Below, piece after piece: positions 41,498-57,969 of a DNA stretch of 64,000 nt. The number at the start of each line of letters is the position of its first letter. The stretch's first letter is position 1. Below the pieces are notes generated by a model that did not search any database, was not told the origin of the DNA, and worked only from the letters and a program-made list of their open reading frames with translations. Both the position numbers and the translations under genes were made by a program. Origin of the DNA: Eledone cirrhosa (lineage: Eukaryota); contig OZ024743.1 of assembly GCA_964016885.1 (NCBI GenBank), positions 126,418,001 through 126,482,000 of the forward strand. Direction: 5' to 3'.

Positions 41498-41582
41498 AGT
41501 CTGATGAGCAAATCAAGGCAGGTGTTGGGTCTATAACACAAATATGTACCTTGAGCCACTCATCTGTGAAACGTTTGTAACT
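41498..41582 (+). ncRNA. Hammerhead ribozyme motif
   Basis: AGT-CTGATGA-GCAAAT...TCAAGG...CCTTGA...ATCTGT-GAAA-CGTTTG-TA-ACT; stem I only 3 bp. Confidence 0.55.
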
Positions 41583-41690
41583 GAGCCTAATCAAAAGACT
41601 CTCAATGTGAAACCTTATTTTGTTCTTAATATATATATATATATATCTATATATATATATACATATACATATATATATATATATATGTAC

Positions 41691-41779
<89 letters not shown>

Positions 41780-41781
41780 CA

Positions 41782-42324
41782 TATAGAGAAAATTGAGGTT
41801 GGTAATGGCACATGGAATATATAAGAGACAGAATACTTTTTTGTGAAAAAACATAATTTTATAAGGTAAGGAAATAATAAAGGGTATAAAAAATGACCGG
41901 TTTCGATGGGTCTGCAAAAGCCATCTTTTCAAATGTTGATTAATATTAAGAAAAATTAATAATACGAAGAGTTAAAATTTGAGACTTGAAAATTCAAGTA
42001 TAAAATTCATTGTGGGATTTCATAGCAGTTTTCATCTAGGTAGCAACAACAGGTTGACTGCTGTGTCCCTTTCTGGTAGTGAATGAAATCCCACAATGAA
42101 TTTTATACTTGAATTTTCAAGTCTCAAATTTTAACTCTTCGTATTATTAATTTTTCTTAATATTAATCAACATTTGAAAAGATGGCTTTTGCAGACCCAT
42201 CGAAACCGGTCATTTTTTATACCCTTTATTATTTCCTTACCTTATAAAATTATGTTTTTTCACAAAAAAGTATTCTGTCTCTTATATATTCCATGTGCCA
42301 TTACCAACCTCAATTTTCTCTATA
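41782..42324. repeat. Near-perfect inverted repeat, 242-bp arms, 59-nt spacer, inside (TA)n
   Basis: 41782-42023 is the reverse complement of 42083-42324; arms carry TTGAAAA-GATGG...CCATC-GAAA-CCGG-TC, a hammerhead-like variant. Confidence 0.95.
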
Positions 42325-42473
42325 ACCTTCGTTTTGTGTAGAAAATTACACTTTTCATATATACATATATATATATATATATATACATATATACGTATAT
42401 ATATACATATATACATACATATATATATATATACATATATATCTATCTATCTGTCTATCTAAGGCGGGTAAAA

Positions 42474-44159
42474 TTACCGAGATCCATGGACGAGTTCTCT
42501 CCAGCGGTCTCTGTCCCTCATTATCGCTGCCATGTCCTGCATCTCCAACAGACCAGTGTCTGTCCTTAGGGCATCAACATACGTTAACCTTGGTCTTTCT
42601 CTTCTAGTGTGTCCATGTAGGGGCTCCCAAAGGAGTACTGAGAGCAATGTCAACTCTGGATGTCGGTGAGCATGTCCAGCTAACCTCAGTCTCCTCTGTG
42701 TCACTTTTGAGCTGACTTTTGGGATGCTCCCATACAGCTCTGAGTTTTTCATCCTCAGTGTATACTGATTAATGTTCAGAGCCATCCTCAGCATTCTCGT
42801 GTAGCACCCATCCACCATCTGAGTGAGTTTCTTGGTCAGTGTCCAAGTCTCAGACCCATACAACAGCACAGACTCCACTACAGCAATGAAGAGGCGGATT
42901 TTCAGGTCTCTACGAAGGTCCGACTTCCACACCGATCTCAAGCTATGGCACGCCGCCCAGGCCTTGCTCTTCCTCTCAACCACATCATCTTCCGTATTCC
43001 CAATCTTTGCTCCCAAATACAGGAAGTCCTCAACCAATTCCAGCGGCTTCCCGCCTACATTAGTGATCCTCTCTGGCTTCTCAACATTCTCTACCAGATA
43101 TTTTGTTTTAGTCTCATTCATTCTCAGCCCCACACTCATCGACACAGTCTCAACCTCCCGCATCAAATCCTCTGCCTCCTTCACTGTATTTGTCACCAAA
43201 ACTATGTCGTCGGCAAATTCAGCATCCGATACCTTTTTCGCCCTAACTCTCCTGCTCTGAGCCGGTGCTACAGTAAAGCCAGAGTCCTGGTGTTTCTCCA
43301 GTGCAAGGCGCATACAATAGTCCACTACGATGATAAAAAGGTAGGGAGCCAATGTATCTCCCTGGAGCACTCCAGCCAGTATCTCAAAGAACTCTGTCAT
43401 CCCATCAGGTGTAATGACTTGGGCTTTGGTGTTGGTGTAGAGCAGTGATATCAGGTCCACTATCTTCTTGGGGATTCCATAAGCCTGTAAGATCTTCATC
43501 AGGCAGTAACGGTCCACAGAATCAAAGGCCTTCCTAAAGTCAATGAAAACCATGACCGCAGGAAGGCACTTTGCTCTAGCTCCCTCTAATATCCTCCTCA
43601 GCATCAGGATGTGACTGGTGGTTGATCTACCCTCTCTGAAGCCGTTCTGGTTGTCCCTGAGCTTCTTCTCCATCTTAGGCTGGATCCTGTTAAGAATCAT
43701 CCTGTTGAGGGTCTTTGCCACAAGTGACGTCAATGAGATCCCCCGGTAGTTGTTGGTGTTAGAGAGATCTCCCTTCTTTGGCACTGGGACGATGTTACTG
43801 ATCCTCCACTGATTCGGGGCAACTCCTTTCTCCAGTGCCCCATTACAGAACCCCAGGATGATATCATCAAAATCACACCTCATCATCACCTCTGATGCCA
43901 CTCCATCTTCTCCATGAGCCTTGCCCTCCTTGATCCTCTTCTTGGTTCTCTGAAGCTCCTCTCTGGTGAAGGGCTCTGTCTCAACATCCAGTTCCTCAAA
44001 CAGCCGCCTGATCTCCCCAGTGCTCTGGGCTGTGGAGGGTGGCTCTCCTAGTAGGGTCCTAAAATGGTCTAGCCATTTCCTCTTCCTATCCTCGGGCCCC
44101 GTTCCCTGGATCTGACTCGAACACCTTCTCTTCCTCCCTGTGATCTCGTTGATGATCAT
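42474..44159 (-). CDS. RT domain and C-terminus of an RTE/RTEX-like LINE (561 open codons)
   Basis: [66 protein letters not shown]; (TAGA)n tail downstream. Confidence 0.9.
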   Translation of the reverse strand: MIINEITGRKRRCSSQIQGTGPEDRKRKWLDHFRTLLGEPPSTAQSTGEIRRLFEELDVETEPFTREELQRTKKRIKEGKAHGEDGVASEVMMRCDFDDIILGFCNGALEKGVAPNQWRISNIVPVPKKGDLSNTNNYRGISLTSLVAKTLNRMILNRIQPKMEKKLRDNQNGFREGRSTTSHILMLRRILEGARAKCLPAVMVFIDFRKAFDSVDRYCLMKILQAYGIPKKIVDLISLLYTNTKAQVITPDGMTEFFEILAGVLQGDTLAPYLFIIVVDYCMRLALEKHQDSGFTVAPAQSRRVRAKKVSDAEFADDIVLVTNTVKEAEDLMREVETVSMSVGLRMNETKTKYLVENVEKPERITNVGGKPLELVEDFLYLGAKIGNTEDDVVERKSKAWAACHSLRSVWKSDLRRDLKIRLFIAVVESVLLYGSETWTLTKKLTQMVDGCYTRMLRMALNINQYTLRMKNSELYGSIPKVSSKVTQRRLRLAGHAHRHPELTLLSVLLWEPLHGHTRRERPRLTYVDALRTDTGLLEMQDMAAIMRDRDRWRELVHGSR

Positions 44160-44876
44160 CCAGATCTGTCAACCGCTCTCTCCACACTTCTGATCTTCTC
44201 TATCAGTGCCTCCTCTCTGACCTCAGTGTAAGCGGTACAGAGCTCTTCCCTCATCACCTCCACAGTCTCCATCCTCTCCTCCGTAGGATCAGCATAGAAT
44301 TGGTCCCTGGCAGCTTTCAGGTGTTCTCTGGCTGCACACACTTTTGGGTTTGCAGAGCTGACGTGCTTCCCTTTGTTCTTTTTCCTCGGCACCAGGGTTT
44401 CACTTGCTTCCGCCACTGCATAGGTGAAGTGCCCGTACCTCCTCGTCACACTCTCCCCAGTCCATCCAATCTCTCTCTCCTCTGACTCTCCACACAGAGC
44501 ACTAAACCTGTTTCTCACTTCCACTGTGAACCTCTCCTGTAGCTTATCATCTTCCTTGAAAGCTCCCCAGTCATAGATTGTTCTCCGGGGCTGAGCCTTG
44601 CTCTTTCTTAAGCTCACACGGACCTCACTCATAACAAGCCGGTGGTCACTACCCAGTGTACTGAAATAGCTGTATGGTTCCGTGTTCAGAACACTATTCC
44701 GCCACTTTTTCCTCACCAGAATGAAATCAATCTGGGACTTGGACAGGTGCATATCTGAGATGTAGGTCCACATCTTCCCCAGATTCTTCCTAAACCTTAG
44801 GTTGGTCGCCATTAAGTTCGCCTCCAGCAGGGTGTCTCTCAGTAGTCTTCCATTTCGGTTGGTGTTGTTATGGAAC
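44156..44876 (-). pseudogene. APE C-terminal part and linker of the same LINE, frameshifted and 5'-truncated into a microsatellite
   Basis: [34 protein letters not shown]. Confidence 0.85.
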
Positions 44877-44932
44877 ATACACATATACACATATATACAT
44901 ATATATACACATATATACATATATATATATAC

Positions 44933-44963
<31 letters not shown>

Positions 44964-45002
44964 TATATACATATATATATATATACATATATACATATAT
45001 AT

Positions 45003-45035
<33 letters not shown>

Positions 45036-45251
45036 TATATACATATATATACATATACATATATATACATATATTTATATATAGATATACATATATATAT
45101 ATAAACAAGCAAATTATAAACGTAAACATGTAAGTATGTTTTTGAAACGGTGCGCGAGTTTGAAATTAGAAATTAGAAATTATAAGCTTTCACCGTATTT
45201 TAGACTAAAGAAATTTCTATCCTGATAGTGGGGTTTATAACCCTCGGAGGA

Positions 45252-45303
45252 ATGGAAAAAGATGAGTGTTGCCGTACATGTACGGCAACACTCATCTTTT
45301 TCC

Positions 45304-45305
<2 letters not shown>
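45252..45305. repeat. Perfect 54-bp palindrome
   Basis: ATGGAAAAAGATGAGTGTTGCCGTACA|TGTACGGCAACACTCATCTTTTTCCAT. Confidence 0.95.
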
Positions 45306-45370
<65 letters not shown>

Positions 45371-45524
45371 GTAAATTTGTATTCCAATGTAACTAAGTAG
45401 TTGCATTGGATGGAGTCAACCGACGTCAGAGATTGCTCAACGTATAATAAAGTGTGTTTTAAAATCCCGAGAAAATATGGAGAAGAAGTTTACGAAATGG
45501 AAATGCGGGTATATAGAATTTATT

Positions 45525-45641
45525 AGGTAACAATTGTTTCTATAGTGTATGGGTTACCTATACCTCGCTATTTGAATAATATACAAATATTATCATAAAC
45601 CGAAGGTACACTCTAAGCACACACACCATGTCTTCAGACCT
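45525..45641 (-). ncRNA. Hammerhead ribozyme in the 3' terminal region of the Naiad element
   Basis: AGGT-CTGAAGA-CATGGTGTGTG...CATACACTATA-GAAA-CAATTG-TT-ACCT-AATAAA. Confidence 0.78.
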
Positions 45642-46050
45642 TTGTATTAGAATGATATGAAAATATTTTATACACTAGATAAAAGATAAAGAAGGAGGTA
45701 GTAAGAGAAGGGGAAGAGGGAAGTGAGTAGGGTGGAGGGAGTCTTAGGATTTAAGACTGTCAGACTAGTAGAGATTGTGAGGAGAGAATGTTTTGGCAGC
45801 AGTTAGCTTAATGAAGCGTGCTAAGGTTGGCGTGGAAGTAGATACTTCTAGTGGTGTTGTTCGGACAAAATTTAGTTAAAGGGGTCAAAGTGGTACAGTG
45901 TCACAGACAAGTTATTAGGGCTATTATAGTAGCAGGTTATTTCTAAAGGGGTCCAGAAAAACAGTGTTTAGTACTATTATTATAGAAAGCCATATCCTGT
46001 GTATAAACATATAAGACAGAAATCTGCAACGGTGGTGTAAAAAGGTAACA

Positions 46051-47478
46051 TTATATGCATTTAAAAAAAGAAAAAGTCGTTTTCAAACGATGGTTACAGT
46101 ATAGAGAACGTTCAATTTTGCTGTTCAAAAGTTTGTTTACCGAAGTTAAAATGCAGTATATCTCTAAATTGCATAACTTGCAGAATCGATGATTTTGCTG
46201 ATATGCAGGCGCAGCTGCAATAATTTGCCAATCAAGGGAGAACGCTTGATTGTTCCTCCGAAGCTGCCAGGCTTTATCGGCGAGGGTTGTTACGGAGCGC
46301 ATTTTCTCGTGCCTGATCGAAGATCGATGTTGGTATAGGCGGGCCTTGAAAGAGGTTGCGGTACATCCGACGTAATACCATTTGTTGGTACCGGAATTTA
46401 TTGTACATCGGTAGACAATATTGCGTGCTAGGCACTGGTTATTCAGTGGGCACGTACCTGGTTTGGTGCAGTTACAATTATTTTTATGTTTTGCAGTAGA
46501 ATCCTGGATAGTTTGGTGGGGTTGTGGTTGCGTGTTAGTGCGTTGTATGTTGCTATGCTGGTGCGCTAAGTCATTAGGGATGTACTTATTCAGTATTGCT
46601 GAGTTGAGTTTTCTAATTAGTTGTTCTATGTTAGGTGCAGTGGAGTATGAGAGTCTAATGGTGCGCGAGTTAAAGATTTTATAGTATTTATGTGAAGTTG
46701 TAAAGTGTTTATTGATTAGTGTATAGAATTGTGAGATAATCTTAGTGCTAATAGAAGAATTGTACACAGGGTTATACCATATGTACTCTCTACGTCTGAC
46801 TCTATTTGCTGGTTTGCACCTATTAGTATGCCTATTGATGTGTGTGTGTGGTGCAATACTAGTTCGACTTAGATGTGTTTTATTCATAGTACTTATGTGG
46901 TTATCGTCTAGATATTCAATTTTCTCGCAGTAACCAGCTTTTCTAAGTGCGTCATTATAATATTCAGCATGCTCGTTGAAGGTCTGCAAATTAGACGACA
47001 GTCGGGAGATCCTTATGGATATATTTTTAGGGATAGATTTAATAATAGAATGAGGATGGTTCGATTTTACATTAACGTACTTAAGATTTTCATTAAGTTT
47101 GTGAAATGGCTCTATATTACCGTTATTAAGGTTGAAGGTGACATCTAAGAAGTTGACTACCTTAAGATTGTGTTCGAAGGTAATATTAAGCCCTAGTTCT
47201 AAGAAAAGTTTCCTAATGTTTTTACGTCGCCTTTCTAGGTTTTGTTTGTTCATATTCTTGACTAATAGAAGTGTATCGTCGCGGTATATTCCGCCGTGGA
47301 GGTCCGTAAATTCGCTCTGGAGTCTATGGGCTGTATAGATCCCAACCAAATCCGTGACCTCCGCTGAATCATTAGAACCCATCGTAATGTCGAATTCCGA
47401 GGGTCTATCCTGCGGACCCAATAACTATTTTCAAAGTGCACTACTGTGCGTCTAGCTTCAAGTATAATATTAATTTCC
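46051..47478 (-). mobile_element. Naiad-type Penelope-like element: 5'-truncated RT plus GIY-YIG endonuclease (open 46051-47421)
   Basis: FDITMGSNDSAEVTDLVG, IYRDD, VNFLDVTFNL, SNHP, IWYNP, CNCTKPGTCPLNNQCL, IVY, YVG, FKARLYQH, CKLCNLE, CNH. Confidence 0.9.
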
Positions 47479-47866
47479 TCAGCTTTAGAATTGCCTTTTT
47501 GGTATATTAATCTGCGAGAATCCTGGTTATCGAGTTGAGCTCTGCTGATGATGAATTATAAACCGTGACCATCTCCGCTGAAAGTTTTCATGAAATAGTC
47601 TTACGATTATACAGAGCATTTGAAGTTTTTCCAAATTGAAGGATAGGTATCTTGAACTTTATTTTATCATGAGTTAAGGCTCTATTGATTTTTCCCTGGA
47701 TTTCAATAAATTCTGTGGATGAATTTATATCCTGATTCTCTTTAGGATGAGTTTAAATTATTTTTCCCACATCTTACGTTAATTAGTTTTCCCATTTTGA
47801 CGCTATAGTCACTTATATACTATGGAATGCTGTTCGCTTTTCGCTGCAGTGTTTTCTATACCTTTC

Positions 47867-47925
<59 letters not shown>

Positions 47926-47934
47926 TATACATAT

Positions 47935-48482
47935 GTGGGGGCATATTGTCTATATGCTTCAGCTTGTACCCATGGGAGGTCGGCTACTCTATATTACTGC
48001 GTGACGCCAGAGGTCACGGTCGTGTGTCATTGTCTTCGAGAGGTGTAATTGGGTAAGGTCGGCTTTTATCACCTCATCCCAGGTCTTCTTGGGTCTCCCC
48101 ACTCCGCGGTTTCCATCAACTTCTAGTGCTCTGCACCTTTTTATGCAGCTGTCATCCTTCATACGCATCACATGTCCATACCAGCGCAACCGCCTCTCCT
48201 GCACACAGCATTTGATTCCTCTTATGCTCAGTCTCTCTCTCAATTCATTTATGCTTTGTCGTTCACGTATATTACTGTTACACATCCATCGGAGCATGCA
48301 GGCTTCGTTTCTCTCTAATCTACGTAAGTCTTCCACCTTCAGCGCCCAGGTCTCACTACCATGCAACATCGCTGTTCGTATACACGCATCATACAGTCTG
48401 CCTTTCATTTTGAGGGAGAAGCTTTTTGCAGCTAACAATGGCAGTAGTTCCCTGAACTTCTTCCATCCCGTTCTTACCCTAG
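47935..48482 (-). mobile_element. RTE LINE C-terminal fragment between (TA)n tracts
   Basis: [17 protein letters not shown]...LHGSETW...LRWYGHV...[10 protein letters not shown]. Confidence 0.9.
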
Positions 48483-48522
48483 TTATATATATATATACAT
48501 ATATATATATATAGATACATAC

Positions 48523-48611
<89 letters not shown>

Positions 48612-48674
48612 TATATATATATATATATACATACATATATATATATAGATACATATATATATATATATATATAG

Positions 48675-48723
<49 letters not shown>

Positions 48724-48726
48724 TAC

Positions 48727-49383
48727 ATCATCATCATCATCATCATCGTTTAACGTCCATGTTCCACGCTTGCATGGGTTTGGACAGGAGTTTTCCCACT
48801 TGAGGTAAGAGTGGTTGTCTTGCTCGCATAGGACTGTCTGGCGGATTTTCGACCGCTGGATGCCCTTCCTAACACCAACCACATTTACAGTGTGGGACTG
48901 GCAGGTTTTTACCGTGTTGCCTACACAGCCACATTACAGCGTGGACTGTGTGTTTTTTTTGTCGTGACACCTACACGATCTCATTTGTTTCGGACTGGAT
49001 GTTGTGGCACCAACATAACTTTACATTGAAAGGGGCGGTGTGGATGGGGTGGGGTGGGGTGGGACGGGGGTGTATTTTGTTAGAGATGCCTACTGACTGT
49101 AGTAGGTTTTACTTTGTATTTAGGTAAGGCGGGTCTTCTCTATTACTGAGTACCGCCAAAGATCTCGGTCCAGTGACATTGACTTGGAGAGGTGTAAGTG
49201 TGTGAGGTCGGAATTTATCAGGTCGTCCCAGGTTTTTCTGGATCTGCCTACTCCGTGGCTACCCTCTATCTTTATTGCCGTGCACTTTTTTATACAGCTG
49301 TCGTCTTTCATGCGCATCACGTGACCATACCAATGTAGCCTTCTCTCGAGTAAACAACATCTGATCCCTCTTATTTTTAATTT
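48727..49383 (-). mobile_element. RTE LINE 3' end
   Basis: Close copy of 34425-35103. Confidence 0.9.
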
Positions 49384-49413
49384 ACATATATATATATATA
49401 TATATATATATAG

Positions 49414-49480
<67 letters not shown>

Positions 49481-49563
49481 TAGATACATATATATACATA
49501 TATATAGATACATATATATAGATACATATATATATATATATAGATACATATATATATATATAT

Positions 49564-49666
<103 letters not shown>

Positions 49667-49989
49667 CATACACAGTTCAAGAGTAACCAATCTCTTAAAG
49701 AGGGAGATTGAGATAGTAGAGGAGATATGAGAGGAAAGATTGGTGAGTTAGTTAGAAGCCAAAGCGTAAAGGCATGTGCTCAATGTGCAATATGCAGTAG
49801 AAAGCAGCTAGGTGGCTGGGTTCATGCAGTGGTTAGGTGCGCAGAGCTGGAAATATTCATTAGTTAAGAAAAACAAGACCACAAATTTCACAAGGAAGAC
49901 ATTATTAAAAGATTGTCAACATATTTAGTTTGATGTAAGGAATGTAGAGAATAATAATAATAATAATATTAATAATAATAATGATTAAA

Positions 49990-50290
<301 letters not shown>

Positions 50291-50420
50291 CATTTATATA
50301 TATACATATATATATACATATATACATATATATATATATACGTTATTCCAGGTTGAATCGGAGGTAACCACAGTAAGTAAGGTACTCAATACATTGCAGA
50401 GTATAAAAGTTTTAATATAG

Positions 50421-50510
50421 ATGAGATTCTACAGGACTAGAACTGTTTCATTCTTTAGAAATCATTGATGATTTCTAAAGAATGAAACAGTTCTAGTCCT
50501 GTAGAATCTC

Positions 50511-50512
<2 letters not shown>
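50421..50512. repeat. Perfect hairpin, 45-bp arms, 2-nt loop, centred in a hammerhead-like remnant
   Basis: ATGAGATTCT...GAAATCAT TG ATGATTTC...AGAATCTCAT; right arm reads TGATGA-TTTCT..AGAAT-GAAA-CAGTTCTAG-TC. Confidence 0.9.
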
Positions 50513-50596
<84 letters not shown>

Positions 50597-50620
50597 TTAT
50601 ATATATACATATATATATAT

Positions 50621-51530
50621 TTCGTTTCTGAATTTGTTTAGCAAGATTCTTTCTCTCAAATCGTGTGTTGAAACCAATATTGTTATATTAGCAAGACATA
50701 CCCGTTCCAAAGACCCTCATGTATAGATAAGAAATGTATAACCTGTAAAATAAGCCCCCATATTAACTGTAAAACTAGAAATGTAGTGTATAGCATAAGA
50801 TGTACTGAAGGACAATGTAGAAACAAAAATATAGTGTACATAGGTGAGACAGCTCGTAGTATAGGGGAACGAATAAATGAACACTGGCGAGACCTTCAAG
50901 ATAATAAAGAATCATCTGTGCTCTACCAACATGCTAAGATAGAACACAGGTGTAGATTAGAGAACATAGAAATAAAAATAGAATCCACACACAGAAAAGA
51001 TGCAATGTTTAGGCAAATTACAGAGACAGTAAGCATAAAAGAATTACAACCAAAATTAAATAGAAAATATGAGTGGAACAGCAACATCACAACCAAAACA
51101 CACACAGGACAAAATGAAAACACACACACACATAGAACAAACAACCAACCAACAATAAATAAATAAATAAATAAATAAACAAATAGATAAATGAACACAA
51201 ACACACACAGACACCCGGATGTGGCGCATGCGCAAACTGAGCACACAACACACACACAGAAACAAAATGGCGTAGGATAGAGGAAAGGAAAGGCACGGAA
51301 ACAAAGAGGGGAATCCCCGGTCACTGGGGAGGTCACAGAGTGTGTGACGAGGGGACTATGACTGTATATAGGCAACTATCTGGTTGTGGAACCAACCAAC
51401 CAACCAGAAATTTATAAGTTTGTAGATTTGTAAATTTATAAATTTATAAATATATAATAAATTGAAGTGAAAGCAACTGGTGCGTGTGTTTCTTATTAGC
51501 AACATGACCCTCCCAAAGTATAACAACATA
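50621..51530 (+). mobile_element. 5'-truncated PLE: inverted terminal-repeat piece, GIY-YIG endonuclease fragment, 3' terminal repeat
   Basis: YSIRCTEGQC...YIGETARSIGERINEH...RQITE...LNRKYEW; 50621-50690 matches 54079-54145; same family as 62840-63941. Confidence 0.88.
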
Positions 51531-51535
51531 TATAT

Positions 51536-51601
<66 letters not shown>

Positions 51602-51602
51602 G

Positions 51603-51709
<107 letters not shown>

Positions 51710-51864
51710 CATATAAAGGTTATCATATACATAAAATTAAAGATATATATATGTTGCAACTGTTCACTTTTAAGATCTTGATTTTGTATATGGTTAATTA
51801 TGCTAATTAGAAGAAGAAATAGTATATATTTTAATATCTGATGATTCTAAAGACATGATTTATG

Positions 51865-51948
<84 letters not shown>

Positions 51949-52139
51949 ACGTTTGAATATGTATAATAAAGCCAAAACAATGCAGGTATGGACATAGAAA
52001 AAAGAATGCAATTGCAAAAGATATTGTTGACAAATCGTCTTTTACCTTATTTAAATGTCCTTAATTTTCGAGATAATATCTCTCCTTCAGAGGGAAATAA
52101 AGGTCTCAAACCAGCCTTCTAAATATCTTGCCAAGCCAT

Positions 52140-54400
<2,261 letters not shown>

Positions 54401-55598
54401 GGCGTAGGATAGAAGAAAGGAAAGGAATAAAAAAATTTTGCCACTAATATTATTGTAAAACTTTTTATTTCTTGTCCAATTCTTTAAAGTTTTATCTTAG
54501 TTTCTTGTCCTATTCTTTTAAAGTTTTATTTTAGTTTCTTGTCCTGTATTTTTAAAGGTTTATATTCCAACAATATTACTTTTTTTTGCTGTACGCATTT
54601 TTCTATCTGGTCTACTATTTTTTAAGGCAATGCAAGGAACAACTATCTAATAATTAAAAGATCATAGTGAATTACTGACAAGTGATTGACATTTTAAAGT
54701 TCTTTTGAGTATAATTGCAATCTAGTTGAGGCAACTGGCTTAATGACAAAGCTAGTAAATCATGAATGCATTTGAGATGATTAGTGCATAATAGTGAATT
54801 GGTGAAACTTGTGCATTTCAATGGTGTTACGGATAAAAACTGATACTGCTCTCTACGACCTTTATATAGGATTGTCATGTTTCTCTGTATCTGCAATGTG
54901 GGTATGCAAAATAAGAATTATGATATTAACTTTTATTTAAAATCCCCAAAAATGCTGTGCATGAAAACTTCAAAAAGTAATTCTATTTCTATTGATGACC
55001 TCTTAGTTGCTCATACTAATTTTGTAAAAGATTTCAAGCCAATAATCAGAATCATCTGGTATAATTTTTATGCAGATAAATGATTAATTAGTATAAAGGG
55101 CCATCCAGATATCATGTGGACACCGCGAACCCAAAATGGTCACATGATATCTGGATGGCTCCCAAGCATCCCCTCCACATGGCGGGGACATGGGTCATCA
55201 TCGTGGAGCACTCACCTATTTTAAAAATATTAGACTATGATAAATGAATTTAGTTAAAAATACAATTTGAAATATATTAGATTACCTCCCCTTGTAATTA
55301 CCTCGTAATTACCTCCCCTAGCGTCACGCTTACTACTCACTCACTTGAACACAAGATTTATCAGCAAACTTTGATTATAAATTTTTTCCCGCTGGACCAA
55401 ATTTCTAGATTTTTAAGCCAAAAGATGCGTAATGATCTACTGTTCATGCTCATATAAGTTTTATCTAAGTTAAATAAAGTAGAGCCGCGCTGTACTGTAG
55501 TAAACAGACGATTGCCAACGAAAACACGACCACAACAATATTACTAAACGGACTACCGTCCGTTTAGGATATACGTATATATATATATATATATATAC

Positions 55599-55636
<38 letters not shown>

Positions 55637-55662
55637 GTATATATATATATATATATATATAC

Positions 55663-55752
<90 letters not shown>

Positions 55753-55762
55753 GTATATATAC

Positions 55763-56545
55763 TTGAGGCAAGAGTGGTTGTCTTGCTCACATAGGATTGT
55801 CTGTCGGGGTTTTCTACGGCTGGATGCCCTTCCTAACAACAACCACATTTACAGTGTGGAACTGGGAGGTTTTTACCGTGTTAACTACACGGCCACATTA
55901 CAGCGTGGACTGTGTGTTTTTTTTTTGTCGTGACACCTACATGACCTCATTTGTTTCGGGCTGGATGTTGTGGTACCAACATAACTTTACATTGAAAGGG
56001 GTGGTGTGGATGGGGTGGGGGTAGTGGGACGGGGAGGGTCTATTTTATTAGAGGTGCCTACTGACTGTAGTAGGTTTCACTTTATACTTAGGTAAGGCGG
56101 GTCTTCTCTATTACTGTGTAGCGCCAAAGCTCTCGGTCCATTGACATTGTCTTGGAGAGGTGTAAGTGTGTGAGGTCGGAATTTATCAAGTCGTCCCAGA
56201 TTTTTCTGGATCTGCCTACTCCGTGGCTACCGTCTATTTTTATTGCCCTGCACTTTTTTATACAGCTGTCATCTTTCATGCGCATCATGTGACCATACCA
56301 ACGTAGCCTTCTCTCGAGTAAACAACATCTGATCCCTCTTATTTCTAATTTTTCCCTTAGTTCCTTTATGCTTTGCCGTTCACGTATATTACTATTACAC
56401 ATCCAGCGGAGCATGCAAGCTTCGTTCCTCTCCAGTCTGCGTATATCCTCTGCACACAATGCCCAGGTCTCACTGCCATGCAACATTGCTGTTCGTATGC
56501 AGGCATCATACAGCCTGCATTTCATTTTTAGGGAGAACCCTTTAG
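55763..56545 (-). mobile_element. RTE LINE 3' part
   Basis: [18 protein letters not shown]...EKTRLT plus 3' UTR. Confidence 0.9.
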
Positions 56546-56600
56546 CGAGCGGCTAATAGTAGTATATATAACAATTTGTCAGCATTTTCTTTTCCTTTTA

Positions 56601-56644
<44 letters not shown>

Positions 56645-56647
<3 letters not shown>

Positions 56648-56955
56648 TCACCGTTTTACGTCCGTTCTTCCACGCTAGCATGGGTTGTCCTGTTGTGGGC
56701 AGTGTCTGGTCGGCTGACCATGCCTTGATCATACAGGAACTGATTTGGCTTGATTTCTACAGCTGGATGCCCTTCCTAGCACCAACCTCACTTACAGTGA
56801 GTGCTGGATGCTTTTTCGTGGTGCTTACACGTCCACTTTACAGTGTGGGCTGGGTGCTTTTTTGCCGTGGCACCTCCACGACCAACTTGCGGTGGGAGGT
56901 ATGGGGGCATATTGTCTATATGCTTCAGCTTGTACCCATGGGAGGTCGGGTACTA
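56645..56955 (-). mobile_element. RTE 3' UTR fragment
   Basis: Reverse complement of about 20340-20650. Confidence 0.85.
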
Positions 56956-56993
56956 TATATATATGTATATATATATATACTATATTATATATG

Positions 56994-57028
<35 letters not shown>

Positions 57029-57177
57029 ATATTTATATATGTATATATATATATATTTATATATGTATATATATATATATTTATATATGTATATATATAT
57101 ATATATGTATGTATATATATATATATTTATATTTATATATGTATATATATATATTTATATATGTATATATATATATA

Positions 57178-57494
57178 TATGGCTTAGTGGTTAGAGCATT
57201 GGGCTTGCAATCGAAAGGTTGTGAGTTCAATTCTCAGTCCGGGTGATGTGTTGTTTCCTTGAGCAAGACACTTTATTTCACATTGCTCCAGTTTACTCAG
57301 CTGTAGAAATAAGATGATAGGACTGGAGTCCATATCATTCCACTGCAAAGTGGTCGTGGAGGTGCCACGCCAAAAAAGCACTCAGCACTCACTGTAAATG
57401 AGGTTGGTGTTAGGAAGGGCATCCAGCTGTAGAAATCAAGCCAGAATCAGTTCCCGTCTCACCCTTGCAAGCAGGAAAAAGCGGATGATGATGA
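57178..57494 (+). mobile_element. SINE family B
   Basis: Near-identical to 20950-21295. Confidence 0.9.
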
Positions 57495-57506
57495 TATATA
57501 TTTATA

Positions 57507-57587
<81 letters not shown>

Positions 57588-57733
57588 CGTATATATATAT
57601 ATATATATACGTATATATATATATATATTTATATATATATGTATGTAAATATATATATATATGTATGTATATATATATATATATATATATGTATATACGT
57701 ATATATATACACATATATATATATATATATACG

Positions 57734-57792
<59 letters not shown>

Positions 57793-57798
57793 GTGTAG

Positions 57799-57950
<152 letters not shown>

Positions 57951-57969
57951 ATATATAGATACATACATA

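Noticed and set aside
46051-47421. Selenoprotein-type Naiad with in-frame UGA
   Set aside because: Conserved Cys positions use normal Cys codons here and in 27529-28543; the TGA near 28320 falls at a deletion junction
47541-47605. CTGATGA...GAAA hammerhead candidate
   Set aside because: No stem I pairing could be found
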